From Lingula anatina (lineage: Eukaryota > Animalia > Brachiopoda), in NCBI GenBank assembly GCA_051362555.1, contig CM120640.1, positions 8,246,001 through 8,310,000 on the forward strand: a stretch of DNA of 64,000 nucleotides, written 5' to 3'. Every line of letters starts with the position of its first letter. Positions within the stretch are counted from its first letter, which is position 1. Positions 1-47,200 of this stretch are shown here, piece after piece. The translations under genes were made by a program, and so were the position numbers. Under the pieces are notes generated by a model. The model did not search any database. It saw nothing but the letters and a program-made list of their open reading frames with translations, and had not been told where the DNA came from.

Positions 1-534
1 TTGATAATCTTTGAATGTGTTTAATATTACATTTTCCAAAATTTATGAATATAAATCAAAATACGATGCATATTCTAAGCAGAAAGGGTGCTCACAAGAT
101 CAATGCCATGTTGCCCATGTCCCAATTTTGTTACCCAGTATGGACATGCAGATAAGTTAATTTCTAATCCAAATGTTTTCCTCCAATAAACTAAATGAAA
201 TGTCGGCATTGCATGAGGACATATGAGGCAATGAAACATCCACGAAAAGTTGGGACTCCCCTTTTATCAGTAAAGTTGACTCTTTTCTTTAAAAGCAGAA
301 CAAAAGCAGCACCCCAAACATGGTTAATATATCTTAACTGTTTTGCAATAGACTATCACAGACTTTAAAGGAAAATTACCAGAAAAAATATCTGTGAATG
401 AATTTTGTCAGTTTTGAGTCATTGTTGCACTGCACATGCTAGTGTCCCATTATTTGTGACCCGAATTTCCTCAAATTCTAGTGAAATCCTGCTTGATATA
501 ATGCTATGTTGTGAAACTTTGAGCTGTCTTGGGG

Positions 535-661
535 TGCTTTCAGAACAGATGCTCCACAGACTTACTGATCCACGGACTAAATATGGCCAACCCCACTAAA
601 AAGCAAGCCACCTAATCCCCTGATGGTTTCCCAGCCTCTTGGATCATCTGTTCTGAAAGCA
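535..661. repeat. Imperfect inverted repeat (about 26-bp arms), probable MITE remnant
   Basis: tgctttcagaacagatgctccacaga (535-560) pairs with tcttggatcatctgttctgaaagca (637-661), with a 17-bp perfect core. Confidence 0.6.
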
Positions 662-847
662 GCCTTGGTTTGATTTCCATTTTATATTTGAAAAGCCTTT
701 CCATTAATTTACCCGTATTTCAACTAAACTAACACTTACCTATACCTGAATCTGTAAAGTAATGTTTGTATATATGGACGTTTTGCTGTCTAGTCATGTT
801 TTATTTATTTATTTATTCATTAATTTATTTATTAATTTTATTTTTAG

Positions 848-3800
848 GCATATTTGAGCAATTCTTTGGCCCTTGCCAATGAGATTAATGAAACTGTTGA
901 AATTGGCAAGAATCACTATCTGCTTGGGAATCAAAAGAATACAATAAAGTATTAGTAAGTTTGCAGTCATATGACACTTTATGCAAAAAAAAAAAAAAAA
1001 AAAAGAAAGAAAAAAAAAGAAAAGCAACTTCAAGGATAAAGAAACATATTAGAACATCTTGTGCTGTTGTTTCATGAAGGCATAAAGAAAAGTGTACTTT
1101 TTTACATGGGTAAATGATTCAATGCAAATTGGTATTTGTACAAATATTTTTATGTACAGACACAGATGTGTTTGTACATATTGCCATCACCTGCGTCTGT
1201 CGTCGCCGATCATGTTGCCGTCGCCGTGCACTTTCAGCGTTAACACCATAAGTGGAAGACAGTTTTACTTTTTGGCTTTATATTTACAGAGCTGACTAAT
1301 ATTCATAAAACGCAGGTCAAGTTCGAAAATCAGCATGATCGGCCCATTATTATAGAATTTATGCTGTTTTTTCACTTTTTAGCATATATGCAACACTGTT
1401 AACACATTTCAAGGAAAACCGATAGGCCTGTTGTCATGAAACTCACAGGAGTATTCAGTCTTACTAAAAGGCAGATCAAGTTCGAAAATCGGCATGATCG
1501 GGCCACTACTTTAGTAGTTATGCTGTTTTTTCACTTTTCAGCATATATGCAACACTGTTAACACATTTCAAGGAAAACCGATAGACCTGTTGTCATGAAA
1601 CTCACAGGAGTAATCAATCTTACTAAAACGCAGGTCAAGTTCGAAAATGGGCATGATCGGGCCACCATTTTACTAGTTATGCTGTTTTTTACACTTTTCA
1701 GCATATGTGCAACACTGTAAACACAATATAAGAAAAACAGATGGGCCAATTGTCATGAAAGTCACAGGAGTGGTCAATTTTACTAAAATGCAGGTTGAGT
1801 TCGTAAATCAGCATAATCGTGCCATTATTTTAGAAGGTATGCTGTTTTTTCACATTTCCTCAGATTCAATTTTTAGGCATGTTAACAGTCTCATTATTAA
1901 ACTAATAAGATACGTGAAAGTGTTTGTTTGACATTTCCTGCATCTTTACAACATTGTTAGTTGATTTTGTAAAAATGATGGTAAACATGTTATCGTGTAT
2001 TGTGTAATAAAGTTTCAAAAATGGAAATAAACTCATATCATTGCAATTTGTCAGATTCAATCATTCACTATGTTCAGAATCTCAGAATGGAAGAAATTGG
2101 ACATTTAACACTGCTCTATTGATACTTTTCTCATCTCATCAATTTTCTTAGTTGATCATATAAAAATGGCAGTAAACTGTTAATTTTGTTTTATGTTAAA
2201 AATTATTAAAAATGGGGAAAAAAACATTTCAGAACAGTGCTGTCTTGTTTACATTTTGGCATTTTCAAGTTGTGACTTTGAAGTTCCATGGGCCTGAAGA
2301 CCTTTGCTAGTCACATTTTCTGAATATCCATGATACTAATATTTTATTATTAAAAATTGATGGTCATTATGCTGTTAAACATTATGTAATATTGCATCAA
2401 AATTTGAAAAAAACCTATTTTGGGCACTGCTCCCATGATTACCTTTTAAGAAAAACCATGTCACTTACTGTTCTCAAACTTACAGGAAAGAAACATGGGA
2501 CTAAAATACAGCTTCAGTAGGCAATGCAATCTGCCAGATAAACAGTTTTTTTGTGAAAATTTAATTTTTCACATATTGGCATTTTCAAGGTGTGACTTTG
2601 AAGTTCCACAGGCTTGAAGACCCAGGCTAGTCACATTTTCTGAAAATCCATGATACATATATTTTGTTTTTAAAAATTGATTGTCATTATGCTGTTAACC
2701 ATTATGTAATATTGCATCAGAATAGAAGTCAACACAATTTTGGGTGCTGCTGCCATGATGACCATTATGGGAAAACCATGTTACTTATGATTGCCAAACT
2801 TTCAAAAAAGAAATACAGGACTAAAATGCAGCCTGAGTTGGAAAAGCAGTCTAATTGACTTCTTTTTCTGGAAGTTTTACATTTTCAAAGTGTGAACTTG
2901 AACTCCCATGGGCCTGAAGCCTTATGCTTGTTTCACATTTTACTTACATTGGTATTACCTGTTGAGCATAATTAAAATTTGATGTTGAATTTGCAGTTTA
3001 ACATAATGTACTTTTGCATCGGAATTGATAGTAGCCTATTTTGTTATTTCCTGCTTTTTGTCTGTACATTTGACAGCTTTGCTGCCTTGTTTATGCTACT
3101 GATTGGCGTCTTAAAACAAAGAGATATATAATGTAGAAAAGTGTTATACAATATTATATTGTTGACAAAAATTATTTCAATTTACTAGTATTTTGAAAAT
3201 GATCTTATTACACTGGCTACACTTAAAGTTGTGCAGAGTGGCACCTCAGCCATTTTAACAGCCATATGCTAGCTTGTTATTTGTACAAGGATTGTTTTTC
3301 TCTCACTTCAGTTATTCATACTTTGATCTTCTGTTGAAGCATGAGACAATAGATGTGCTGATGGAATTTTATGTCAAGTATAGCCCATATGTAAGTGTTT
3401 TGCTGCACTGCAACGACAGGCCTCATAAACAACAATTGCCATTTGTGGCTTAGAGCAGTGGACTAGTGATTGTGATCAGGCAAATGAATAACTTAAAACA
3501 CAATTTCATGCTTTGATTGTAAAAATACTCCCTGCAAACAGCGCAGTATTAACTGCTTACAATTTGTCTATCCAGGTGTCTCACTGTTAACATTGTTTTT
3601 TTTTCTCAACTATAAACCATTTTCAATATGGTGAAATATACCAGGAACTGCTCTTTGTATTTAGAACATATTTAAAAAATATTAACAAGTATAAATATAT
3701 TATATAATTCTTGATTGATTTATTTTTCAGAGATTTGTGTTAAACGCTTATGTCGTTGCCAAATTATTGACAGCTGTCAAAGACCAACAGAGTGGATTTC

Positions 3801-6800
3801 AGCATATTTTGAGACTTCTAGAAGGTAAAGAAAATTTATGTAATTTAAAACAGCCCCAAGTGGATATCACTGTGGTGACATTATTTACTCTAATAAAAGT
3901 AGACACTCTCATTACTGATAAAAGTAAACATTCTCAATACAGTAACCATGCATGATTCTGTCTCATTACATCAAAAACCATAGTGTGATATAACAGAAAC
4001 AATATGATAACTTGAATGAAGATGAATATTGTTCAGAAAATGTGTCTAACTTATGTTTACATATCAAAATATACAAATTGGATGTTCATTGAGTAAATAG
4101 TGAGTTTTTAAAATGCATCTTTTTCACAAGTTCTGTGACAAAGTGGTAGCTGGTGCCATCTAGGAGAGAGAGCTTTCATATTAAGCTATCAGCCTGTATG
4201 GCATTATCTTCGTGAAAGATAATGGTAAATTACAACTGCCCCAAATAGTATAAGACCATGCAGTGAGATCTGTTAAGGGCACTTTACTAATTTGACATTA
4301 GGCAAGTCATGGTCATGAATGAAGAAATTTTGTTAAATAAAACCTTTGCTTTTACTTATATCCCACTTATGAACATGAATGATCTGTTGTCCCCGCTGCT
4401 GTCATTGTCACTATGCACTTTCATAGATAATGCATTAATTTGAAAACTGTTTCACCTATTGTCTTCAAACTTACAAAAGTGATGAATGTTCATAGAATGT
4501 AGGTCTAGTTCGAAACCGGCATGATTGGACCATTTTTCCAAATATTAGCATTTTCAGTGTGTGACTTTGAACTTCCATGGGGCCGTAGACCTTTGCATAA
4601 TATCATATTCTCCAAACATTCATGTTATGTGCAGTACATAATTAAAAATTGCTGGTGATTATACTGTTAATTATTATGTAATATCACATCAGAATTGAAG
4701 AAAACCCTATTTTGGCACTGTCGCCACAGTGACAATTCAAGAAAAAACATGTCCCTTATTATTCTCAAATTTAGTATATATAAAGATTCATAGGACTGAA
4801 ATGCAGTATTTTTTTTTTTCTTGAAGCTATGCAGTTCTTTGTAAAATTTTCATTTTTCACGTTTTTCACATATCTCAGAGTGTGGGACTTAGAACTCCTA
4901 TTGGTATGAAGCCAAAACGAAGTTACATTTTCTGAAGGTCCCTGTTATGTATATTAAGCGATTAAAATTTTGTGGTGATTATGCTGTTAATCAAGCTGGC
5001 AGAGATATGTCTATAGTTACTATTGAACTTGAATAGGAAGTCATATACTGGCAATCTAACTGTGACCTTTCATTAAGTGCATTTTGTAGAGCTTATGAAG
5101 CACAACACTGGAGATGGTGTCCCTTTTTTTTTTTTTTTTTTTAATCCCTACAAATGCGCTTACTTCACCTGGTGGTACAATACCCAGGGCAGTATTGCCT
5201 CCCTGATCCTCTAGTTTCAAGTTAGTTGTGGTTATTCCATTAAGCATTGATAATATGTAATATTGCAGACCATTTGGCCTTATATATCCCTAGAGCATAG
5301 ACCAAACTTTTATTGATCAAACATGAAAACTATTAGAAACTGTGTCACATCTGCTTTGATATACTATTGTATTGCCTATGCACTTTATATTTACAGATGC
5401 AAGAACTGTTTTTCCCAGGACTTTTGATGTTCCATTATTGGCACTGAAAATTGTGAAGGACAAAGCCATGAAAAAAAATTGCAATAGCAAAGTAGGCATA
5501 CCTTTTAAAGATTTGAAAAGAACATATTAATCCCTTTTTATCTGCTTTAAATAATTTATATACTGCCAAATTGTTCAAATTCATATCAAAGTTTTGGGAT
5601 ACAAAATTGTTTGATGATTAATTTCCCATTTTAAATTCTTAGTTGTCACATAGATGATAGTTTTCTGGCTGTCAAATAAGATTGTGTTGGATTTCATATT
5701 TTCAACAGATGAGATGGATCTGTGCCAATGTTGGCTGGGAGGTTCTTGACTGGTATGATACCGGTAGATCACATGGTCTGTACAGTCTTTCAGTAGAACA
5801 GTAAGTTGGAAAAATAACTTTGTGATTTTTTTTTTTTTTTTTTTTTAGAAAGTTAAGATCATGAATGATCTTGTGTTTAAGTCTATATTATTTACACATT
5901 TGCAAAAAATTAGTACAGTTTCTGTTTGTACAGTTGATGACTTTTAGATAAGTTGCTGCTATCATGTTGTGAGGTCCTGGTTCTTAATTTGATTTCAGAA
6001 TTGGAAGTGACATCGTCTCAGATTGTCTGTTTCTGCTGCTGAACAATAGCATGAAAGATGTTCGCAGAAGTTGGTAGGTGGCATGAAAAGATCAAATAGA
6101 TCAGTTTTAGACTATGAACTAAACTTAAAATACCCAAAAGTTGAGTACTACTATTTTTAATTGGTGATATGTATCAAGATTTCAATTTTTTAGGCCTGCC
6201 TTACAAATTGGTATGGAAGTTCAAGCCCAAACAGGAAAAAAACTGAGGTAAGGTTTAATAACACTGCATTAGTTTATTTTTGGATATTGAAAGAACCATA
6301 CTTTTGCTAGTGGTGGGTAATAAACGTACAAACTGTATGTTTATTTTTTTAAATAATTTTTATTTACAGATACAGTACACATCTGTATGTGTTCTGACCA
6401 CTGTGCCTCGCGCATGTTGTTACCATCTGAGATACTGTTCTCCTATAACTGCCAAACCATTTAATAAAATTTTTAATTTATTCGGTGGCTTTGTTTGGTA
6501 TAAATGTAGGTTCCTTTCTGAATTCAGGATGATTTTTGTTTGTTTGTTTGTTCATTTGTTTTTATAACAGGTTGTCTCAGTATAAATGTGACTTGTCTAC
6601 ACTCTCATAATTATAAACCAGAAAAGAAAAACAATAAAATTCGGATTTCGTAAAAGCTGAAATAATAACAGTTGAAATGAATGTTCATTCTGCATCTTTT
6701 GTTAAAAATTAAACATTACAAGACATGTTCTAAATGTGGTTTGAAAACAAGTTTTCCTCCAAAATATGTGGTTCAGTGATGACACCCATTCTGCTGTATC

Positions 6801-8547
6801 AGATAACGACAACGGCATGAGTTTTGTGATCTGGGGATCTCAGGTGCCTTATAAAGTCCTACAGTTCCCACTGCACTCTGTGAAGTCGAATGTGGGTCAC
6901 AGTCTCAAAACGTGGTAAAATTGGACCATTTTGGTTTGGTATTGACAATACTGTTTGGGAGACATTGCCTGTCAATGATAAACATTAAGTTGTGTTTCAC
7001 AAGTTCTGAAGGGCATTAGGTGCCCATAGTGGTGTGTTGCTAGAGAACCAATGATTCCAGCAAGAGGGAGCAAATCCACACATCACTATGCAATGGCTGG
7101 ATAAACGCTTTTCAGGTCGACTGAACAGCGGACATCATATTCTGGAATGGTCATTGCATTCAACAGATTTGAACCAACCAGATTTCTGTCTTTGAGGTTT
7201 TTGAAAGACCATATGTGCCAGAACAATCTGCAAACAATTGGAGAAATTAAGGTAGCCATCACTCGGTGGATCCATAACAAGGGAAGAAGTGTGTCAGGAT
7301 AATGGACAACTTTCCTTGACAGCTCCAAGAATGTTATCAGCTCAGAACTGCACATTTAGAAACAAGTTTTCAAAAATTGAATTTTTTAACAAGTGTGCAG
7401 TATGAATGCTCATTTCTGTTGTTATAAGTTCAGTTTTTAGGTAGATTTATTCTTTCTTTTCTAAGTTAATAGTGTGTAGATGAGTCACATTTTTACTGAG
7501 ATATCCTTTATTTAAATGTTGTTGTAAATACTCGTGTTGTTTTTTGTCTCTATATTTGTCAGCTTTGGTGTCTAATAAGATCAGTAGAATAATCCATTTT
7601 AAAATATTTGGATGTATGTTTGTAAGTCAGTTTTCATAATTTTTTTCTCCCTTTGATTTGTCAGTAATATTTAATGCATTATGTTTGAGAAAATGACTCT
7701 TAATAAAAACCAAAAGAATTTGAACCTCTGCATTTTAGGGAATCTGTTGTAGAGAAGATGGGCAGGGCATGCATTGTGGCAGAGGAGCCAAAATTTGCAA
7801 CGGTAAGGTTTCACACCTCATAGCTACTGACTGGAAGTTTTTCAGTTAGGAACAAGTTTCCCACCACTACATTGGTTTCCAGCTCATCTGGTGCTTTTGG
7901 GATCTGACAACAATTGTTTTTATGTAGAAATATTGCACAACATCAATGATTTACCATATTTTGCCAGTCACTTTTGTATTGGTATTTAAGATGAGATTCT
8001 CAGCACAGTTTCTCCCTTATTTCTTAAAAGTTAACCCCTTTTTTTCCTAGTCTTGTATGATGTCACTACCCTCATCCCTTTTAGATTATCTTTGATGATG
8101 CCAATTTTTTTTCCAGGAATGTTTGGATTTTATGTACAACAATAAGTGCTTAGGGACGGCAAAAATGGCAGAAGCTGTCCTGGAACTGCGCAAAGAGGAA
8201 GATGATGATGAATTCCCTCCCAAAGAAAAGTAATGAAATTTTAGTATTGCCAGTTTTGTTCCAATACTCCAGTCTTTGAATTATTAACTCAGAACTATTT
8301 GAGATGTCTATAACTGTGAAAAAAACTTTGTTATATTTTGCACTTAGTAGTTGTTGATGAAAACAATTGAAGATTTTAAATAATTGTCATTTTCTCTTAT
8401 ACCGATTTCATTGGTTTGATTTTTATATTATCCAGGGAGAAAGTACAGGCCATTTTGAAGCAAACAAAGCAATGGACACATGCTTCCAGACATCTGTTGA
8501 ACGAATCTGAAAAGGGAGTAAAGAAACAGGAATATAGATTGAAATGA
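848..8547 (+). CDS. PTCD3: Pentatricopeptide repeat domain protein 3 (mitoribosomal mS39), 3' part; 5' exons lie upstream of the first exon seen here
   Basis: Ten GT-AG exons splice in one frame: 848-954, 3312-3390, 3731-3824, 5397-5491, 5709-5800, 5999-6073, 6194-6247, 7739-7802, 8117-8229, 8436-8547 (TGA). The peptide LALANEINETVEIGKNHYLLGNQKNTIKYYYSYFDLLLKHETIDVLMEFYVKYSPY resembles, from memory, the PTCD3 segment [21 protein letters not shown]...[22 protein letters not shown]. Confidence 0.8.
1310..1856 (+). repeat. 159-bp tandem repeat, about 3.5 copies, inside the HINE
   Basis: Motif gcagRtcaagttcgaaaat recurs at 1312, 1471, 1630 and (more diverged) 1790. Confidence 0.9.
2251..3030 (+). 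repeat. Second tandem array of about 300-320 bp, about 2.5 copies, inside the HINE
   Basis: cattttcaaNNtgtgactttgaagttccaYRggcctgaag-like motif recurs near 2260, 2580 and 2880. Confidence 0.8.
4352..5031 (+). mobile_element. Older, diverged copy of the same HINE family
   Basis: Shares the head (atgcactttca...gttcgaaaccggcatgattggacc) and the roughly 320-bp unit (gtgactttgaacttccatggggcc, aattgctggtgattatactgttaa) with 1147-3091. Ends in a small hairpin atagttactat. Confidence 0.6.
6568..7508 (+). mobile_element. Decayed, internally deleted IS630-Tc1-mariner transposon (rosa/DD41D-like) with long TIRs
   Basis: Imperfect TIRs of about 140 bp (caggttgtctcagtataaatgtgacttgtctacac... / ...gtgtagatgagtcacatttttactgagatatcct). 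Pseudo-transposase motifs: WFSDD...WGSQVP...PLHSVK, GKIGPFWF, *FQQEGANPH, EWSLHSTDLNQPDFCL*GFLKD, AHLE. Contains stops and frameshifts; no N-terminal DNA-binding region is visible. Confidence 0.88.
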
Positions 8548-9069
8548 CCATTTTATGACTATTCCATACAACTGAGGTGGAATGATGTGGTGGAAGTGCA
8601 TCCTGATAAAGTCAGAGTACTAAAGGGAGTAACCATTAATAAGAATTTTTTACTTCAGAACTTTGACTTGTTTATCCAGTTATCTTCATGGCTCACCATG
8701 AAAAGTTTCAGAGACAGGTGTGAATGTCATATCTGCATTAAAGCAAGGAAAAAGTGTGTTATACATTACACGAGATTGGCCATGTTTTTATTCAGAAGCG
8801 CTCTTAACCTTAAGGGTTCTTATAAACCTCTTCCTTTTAGAGGCTCAAAATGACAAAAACTGTAGAATACTTAAAAGGGGGGTTTATTGAAGGAAAGGTT
8901 AAACATTTGGAAAGAACAAGCTTTAGTCTCAGACAATGTAAAAAATCAGTCAAATAAATAACATTTTGTAAAACTTGAAATCATGGCAGTTCATGTCACA
9001 AAGCATAGTGGACTGTACATTAAAACTATTTTTAGCTTCTGTGGCAATCCAACTTCTCCCAGGTCATTT

Positions 9070-41059
<31,990 letters not shown>

Positions 41060-41553
41060 TTTGACTATGCTAGCAGCTCTTTTTCATAGGTCTACTTCAG
41101 GAACATTGCTTTTTGTGTCCTAAAATGCAGTCGATTTATTGCTTCGAGTTTCGACTTTCGATAAATGGAGCCACCGACGTTTCACAAAGTAGATGACAAC
41201 AAAGTTTCTTCCACTAAGAAATTAACACCTTTATTAAACAGCTAGTAGAAAATGTAATGTAATTCATACTGTTTAATGCATATGTGAGGAAATTTTCAAA
41301 GCTTATATAAATATAAAAAGATAATTAAAAATACTTTTATGATCACTTTTAACCAACGCGGAAGAATATATCCTATATGAGATTTTGACTTAGCAACCCA
41401 TTACGCATGTGCAAACAGGTGCACGAGCTTTGAAACTATCAATAGATGTCAGTGTTAGTCCAAGAAGCACTAACAGGATAATGGGAGCAATATTTTCGCT
41501 ATCTCATAAGCGCCACCTATATCAATGGCAATATTTACATTATGGCGGACAAG
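41060..41553. promoter_or_regulatory. Bidirectional promoter region for CFAP46 and PACRGL, including a probable PACRGL 5' leader exon ending at 41553
   Basis: Divergent genes with ATGs about 1 kb apart and local CpG retention. Motifs: ETS-like gcggaag (41358), partial X-box ttgacttagcaac (41385-41397), NRF1-like acgcatgtgca (41403), YY1-like atggcgg (41542). Donor AAG|gtaata at 41553 and acceptor ttcag| at 42005. Confidence 0.6.
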
Positions 41554-42070
41554 GTAATAACTTTGAAGCATTTCTCAATTTTGAATGAATGATGAACAAT
41601 CAATACTACTCTTTATTTGGATTAATCGCCTCGGTGTTATTCAATGGGACCGTTTACAATTGGCATAAATGTAACAGTTGTGTTACATTTGCAGTAAGAC
41701 ACATGCTTAAATAAGTACTCATTTTTTAAGACTAATTTTGTGTAAACCTAAAAATACTGTACAAGCTTTGAAGTCTACAAGTTTACCATTACTTATAGTT
41801 GAGATCTCCACCATCTCACGATTGGACTTCACGGAATCTCTTGAACTTTCTCATAATTATTTGGATGAATGTCACCTGTAGTAATTATCCTACACGATAG
41901 TTTGGCACATTCTTCTTTAGTAAGCAATCAGTTTGAAAAGTTACTTGACGTTGGGGTGATCTGCAGTTGCTGATATGTAACACTTCTGTCTGTTTGGTCT
42001 TTCAGATGAGATCAAGATATTGGAGTGTTTCAATACACATTACGTAAAGAAATAGTTTATGTGATAAACT

Positions 42071-44235
<2,165 letters not shown>

Positions 44236-47200
44236 AAAAGCTTGGAAGTTGGTAGCCCACCTTCTGCCAAAGGGTATTCGTAGGGTTCATGGCTTTTGGT
44301 GTATTTCTGACTTTCTAGTCATTTTGGTAAAAAACATCATCAAAAACCAGGTAATTTATTCTTGTATAAAAGCTTTAAGGCATTGAATTAGGAGATGTAG
44401 TAAAGTTAAACTCAGTTCTGCTGTGGTGAAAAACTGTGCATCAAATTAAATTCTTTTGAGAAACAATGCTGTGAATTGAGTTTCATGGTTTGAACTTTGC
44501 CAAGCATGAAAGCATTGTGCCTAGTAAGAATTTTTTCTCATTTGTACTTGAGATGAAGTTATAATTTTTATATTGCTGCAGTATTGTCCCTCTTTATCTA
44601 TATTTAGTCTAGCATAAAAAACCAAAGTAAAATTACTCTTAAATTTGCCTTTTTTTAAGGCTAAGTAAAAATGAACAAAGTGTAAGATGTGATATAAATT
44701 AATACTTTCATGATTTAATTTATAGAATAATTAAATTAAGTATGTTTTTGTGTGAAGTCAAAGCCCCTAAAAGTTGCAGTGTGAAAAAGAGGCACAGGTA
44801 TTTAGTTCATTGATCTGAAAAATTGCTCACTTTTATGAGTTCATGTTGTTGTGTTATTATCAGAATTATTTAGTTATATGTAATACTAAATAAATCCTTA
44901 TCACAAAGTAAAAAGAGAACATGTTTATTATTATTATTATTATTATTTCTCTTTTAAAACATTGCTACTTTTCATAATCAGACAAATTTGAAAAAAGGAT
45001 TTAAGATAATGCATTTAAATGCATTTAAGATCTTTTGTAGGATTAAGTATAACTGATTAGCCTAAAACTGTTAAAAGTTTGAACACTTGACATTGGTTGT
45101 GAACTTTTATGCAAAACGGAACAAAACCAAATTTGAATTCTGCTGAATAAATGAGTGTATGATTACGAAAAAAAAGTCAGGTTCCCGTCTTTGAATGTGG
45201 GGGAAAGACGGACCGCTGTTTGAAACATAAGGTTTGATAAACAAACTGTTGAATGTACTTCTACTACTGCTTATATTGATCTCTTGCCTAACCTCAAAAT
45301 TTATTCTTGTGGAGAGGAAATGTTAGTATTAGCTATAGAGTCATTTAATTTGCATTTTGAATAGAAAAACGTGGAAGTCTTTAGTGCGTGTACGTCTTTA
45401 GTGCATCTCTAATGTTCAATTAGGCCAGAAGGCAGGACTGGCAATGAACCCAGGTATGACAACGTCGTGGTATTCTTTGGCCATGAGGATCACTGCAGAT
45501 TGTGTATGATATGGCCATTTTTCATTTTCAACGCTCGTCCTTCGTCAGCATATTAAGATGTTGATTAACAGATTAAAACATTTTTGATATATGTCCACAA
45601 ATTAAGTAGTAAAATAACGTACCGTGATGTGAAGATACAGCTCATCCTCACAAAAAGCTCTGAAACTGTGACGATTGAGAGTGTTGTTGCGCACTTCTTA
45701 CGTGAATTTTGGTGAAAACAAGAAAGGAACCAGCCCAGCGATTGGTGAAAAAGACTCGGGAGACTTGTATGCCCCCCTCCCCTCCAAAAGATCTACAGTG
45801 TCAGTAACTTTTATTATCAGAACTACTTGGTTGTTTCAGCCCTGGTATATTTATGCTTACTCTTTGAAGGGGAAGTGTGGGCGCTATCTGACTCCATTGA
45901 TACTTGCAGATAATTCAGAAACCGTCCTATCCGGAACAGATTTGTCACACTCAATGGTATCACTGCACTGACGGAAGCTTCTGAACACAAGTAGATAAAC
46001 ATGATCATAATAAATCGCTCAGCACTCTGCGACCTTATATTTGTCGGGCATGCATCGTTTCTGGAGAATTTTACATGCAGTACAAATCTCGACGAAAAAA
46101 AACCCGTGCAAGCTGTTGCTGCAATTATTTCCCCAATGAAAAAAAAGGTCCATTCAATTGTCCGAAAAAACAACAAATTTCTGGTCACTTCGTCTGAAGC
46201 GCTTTGGGAAATGGTAAAATCATTTAGACCTAATGCTCAAATAGGCCCATAAAGCTTATTCTAGCTTGCAGCCCGCTTATGTAGCTAGGGTGAGTCCCAT
46301 GATATATCCGTTATGTTCTACTTCGTTCTTCAACTGAAGAATTGTTTGCTATGTTACCGCGCCCATGCAAACAAAAACATAATTTTAGATGTCCTGTAGC
46401 CAGTTAACCCGTAGATTGCAAAGTTGCCATATTTTTGTTAAAAAAAAAGTAATATGAAGAAAACTATATATTGGGTCGAATTTTTGAAACTTTACATCAA
46501 TATATACGATGAACGATCGCGTTCATCTGAGATGTCTTATTAAGTATGCAAAGAGTACAGTACACCATGAAAACTACTGTCAGCCGTACTCTGTGGTGTG
46601 CTGGCTACGGTCAAGTGCTAGACTCAGACTGGAGAGAAAAGGTGGAGGTAAGATTATATAGATATTCTCATTATAATAATGGATCAGTATATAGTAAGCA
46701 AATGAAAAGTCGTCACATCTCGTGACTCGTTCTATATTGAAAAGTCTCGGAACAAAAACCCAACATATCACTGTCATCTCAATTTCTGTTATGTGACCTC
46801 AAAATCTGCATTTGTTTTGCCACGTGCCAAGTCCGTGCCAAGCACTCTGCAGGTAGAAGCCTTCACTTGACGTACATATGGTTGATTATATAACTAGAAA
46901 TTAAATAAAATATGAATATTGGTTCAAATATAATAATTTTAATTTATTCTAAACATGTACAACCTCCTTGTAGTAAGCACCACGTTCGCTGGCAAAGGTA
47001 GTTATTCAATTTGCCTCGGAGGGGAAGTTTTATATTGTTTGCATTATTAGATCCGCACCAGTCGCTGCCAACCAAGATATCCCCTTGCCGCCAGATCGCA
47101 GGATTTCCTGCGAAAAAGTAGACATTAGTAGTCGGTGAATAGTAAGTCGCCGGTAAGAGGACTGGGTAAGTGTTGGGTGAAATATCAGAAGTGTTTAACA

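Larger units (their letters stand above)
1147..3091 (+). mobile_element. Non-autonomous Helentron-derived element (HINE/DINE-like) carrying internal tandem arrays
   Basis: T-rich start, subterminal inverted repeat atgtacagaca (1152-1162) / tgtctgtacat (3059-3069), 5' hairpin, gtc-type microsatellite near 1195, 3' hairpin gacagctttgctgcc followed by ttgtt. Lies in a PTCD3 intron. Confidence 0.75.

Noticed and set aside
1310-1856. Regularly spaced repeats as a CRISPR-like array
   Set aside because: The whole 159-bp unit repeats with no unique spacers, there are no cas genes, and the context is a eukaryotic intron.
7051-7215. In-frame TGA codons at Trp positions suggesting recoding or selenocysteine
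   Set aside because: They are TGG-to-TGA decay mutations in a dead transposase that also has frameshifts.
848-8547. Intronic snoRNA equivalent to SNORD94, which vertebrate PTCD3 hosts
   Set aside because: I saw no convincing C/D box pair with a U6-antisense guide in the introns within this window. An Infernal scan would be needed.
45675-46252. Overlapping ORFs of 83-121 aa in the spacer
   Set aside because: No recognisable domain or exon structure; probably chance ORFs or unrecognisable transposon debris.
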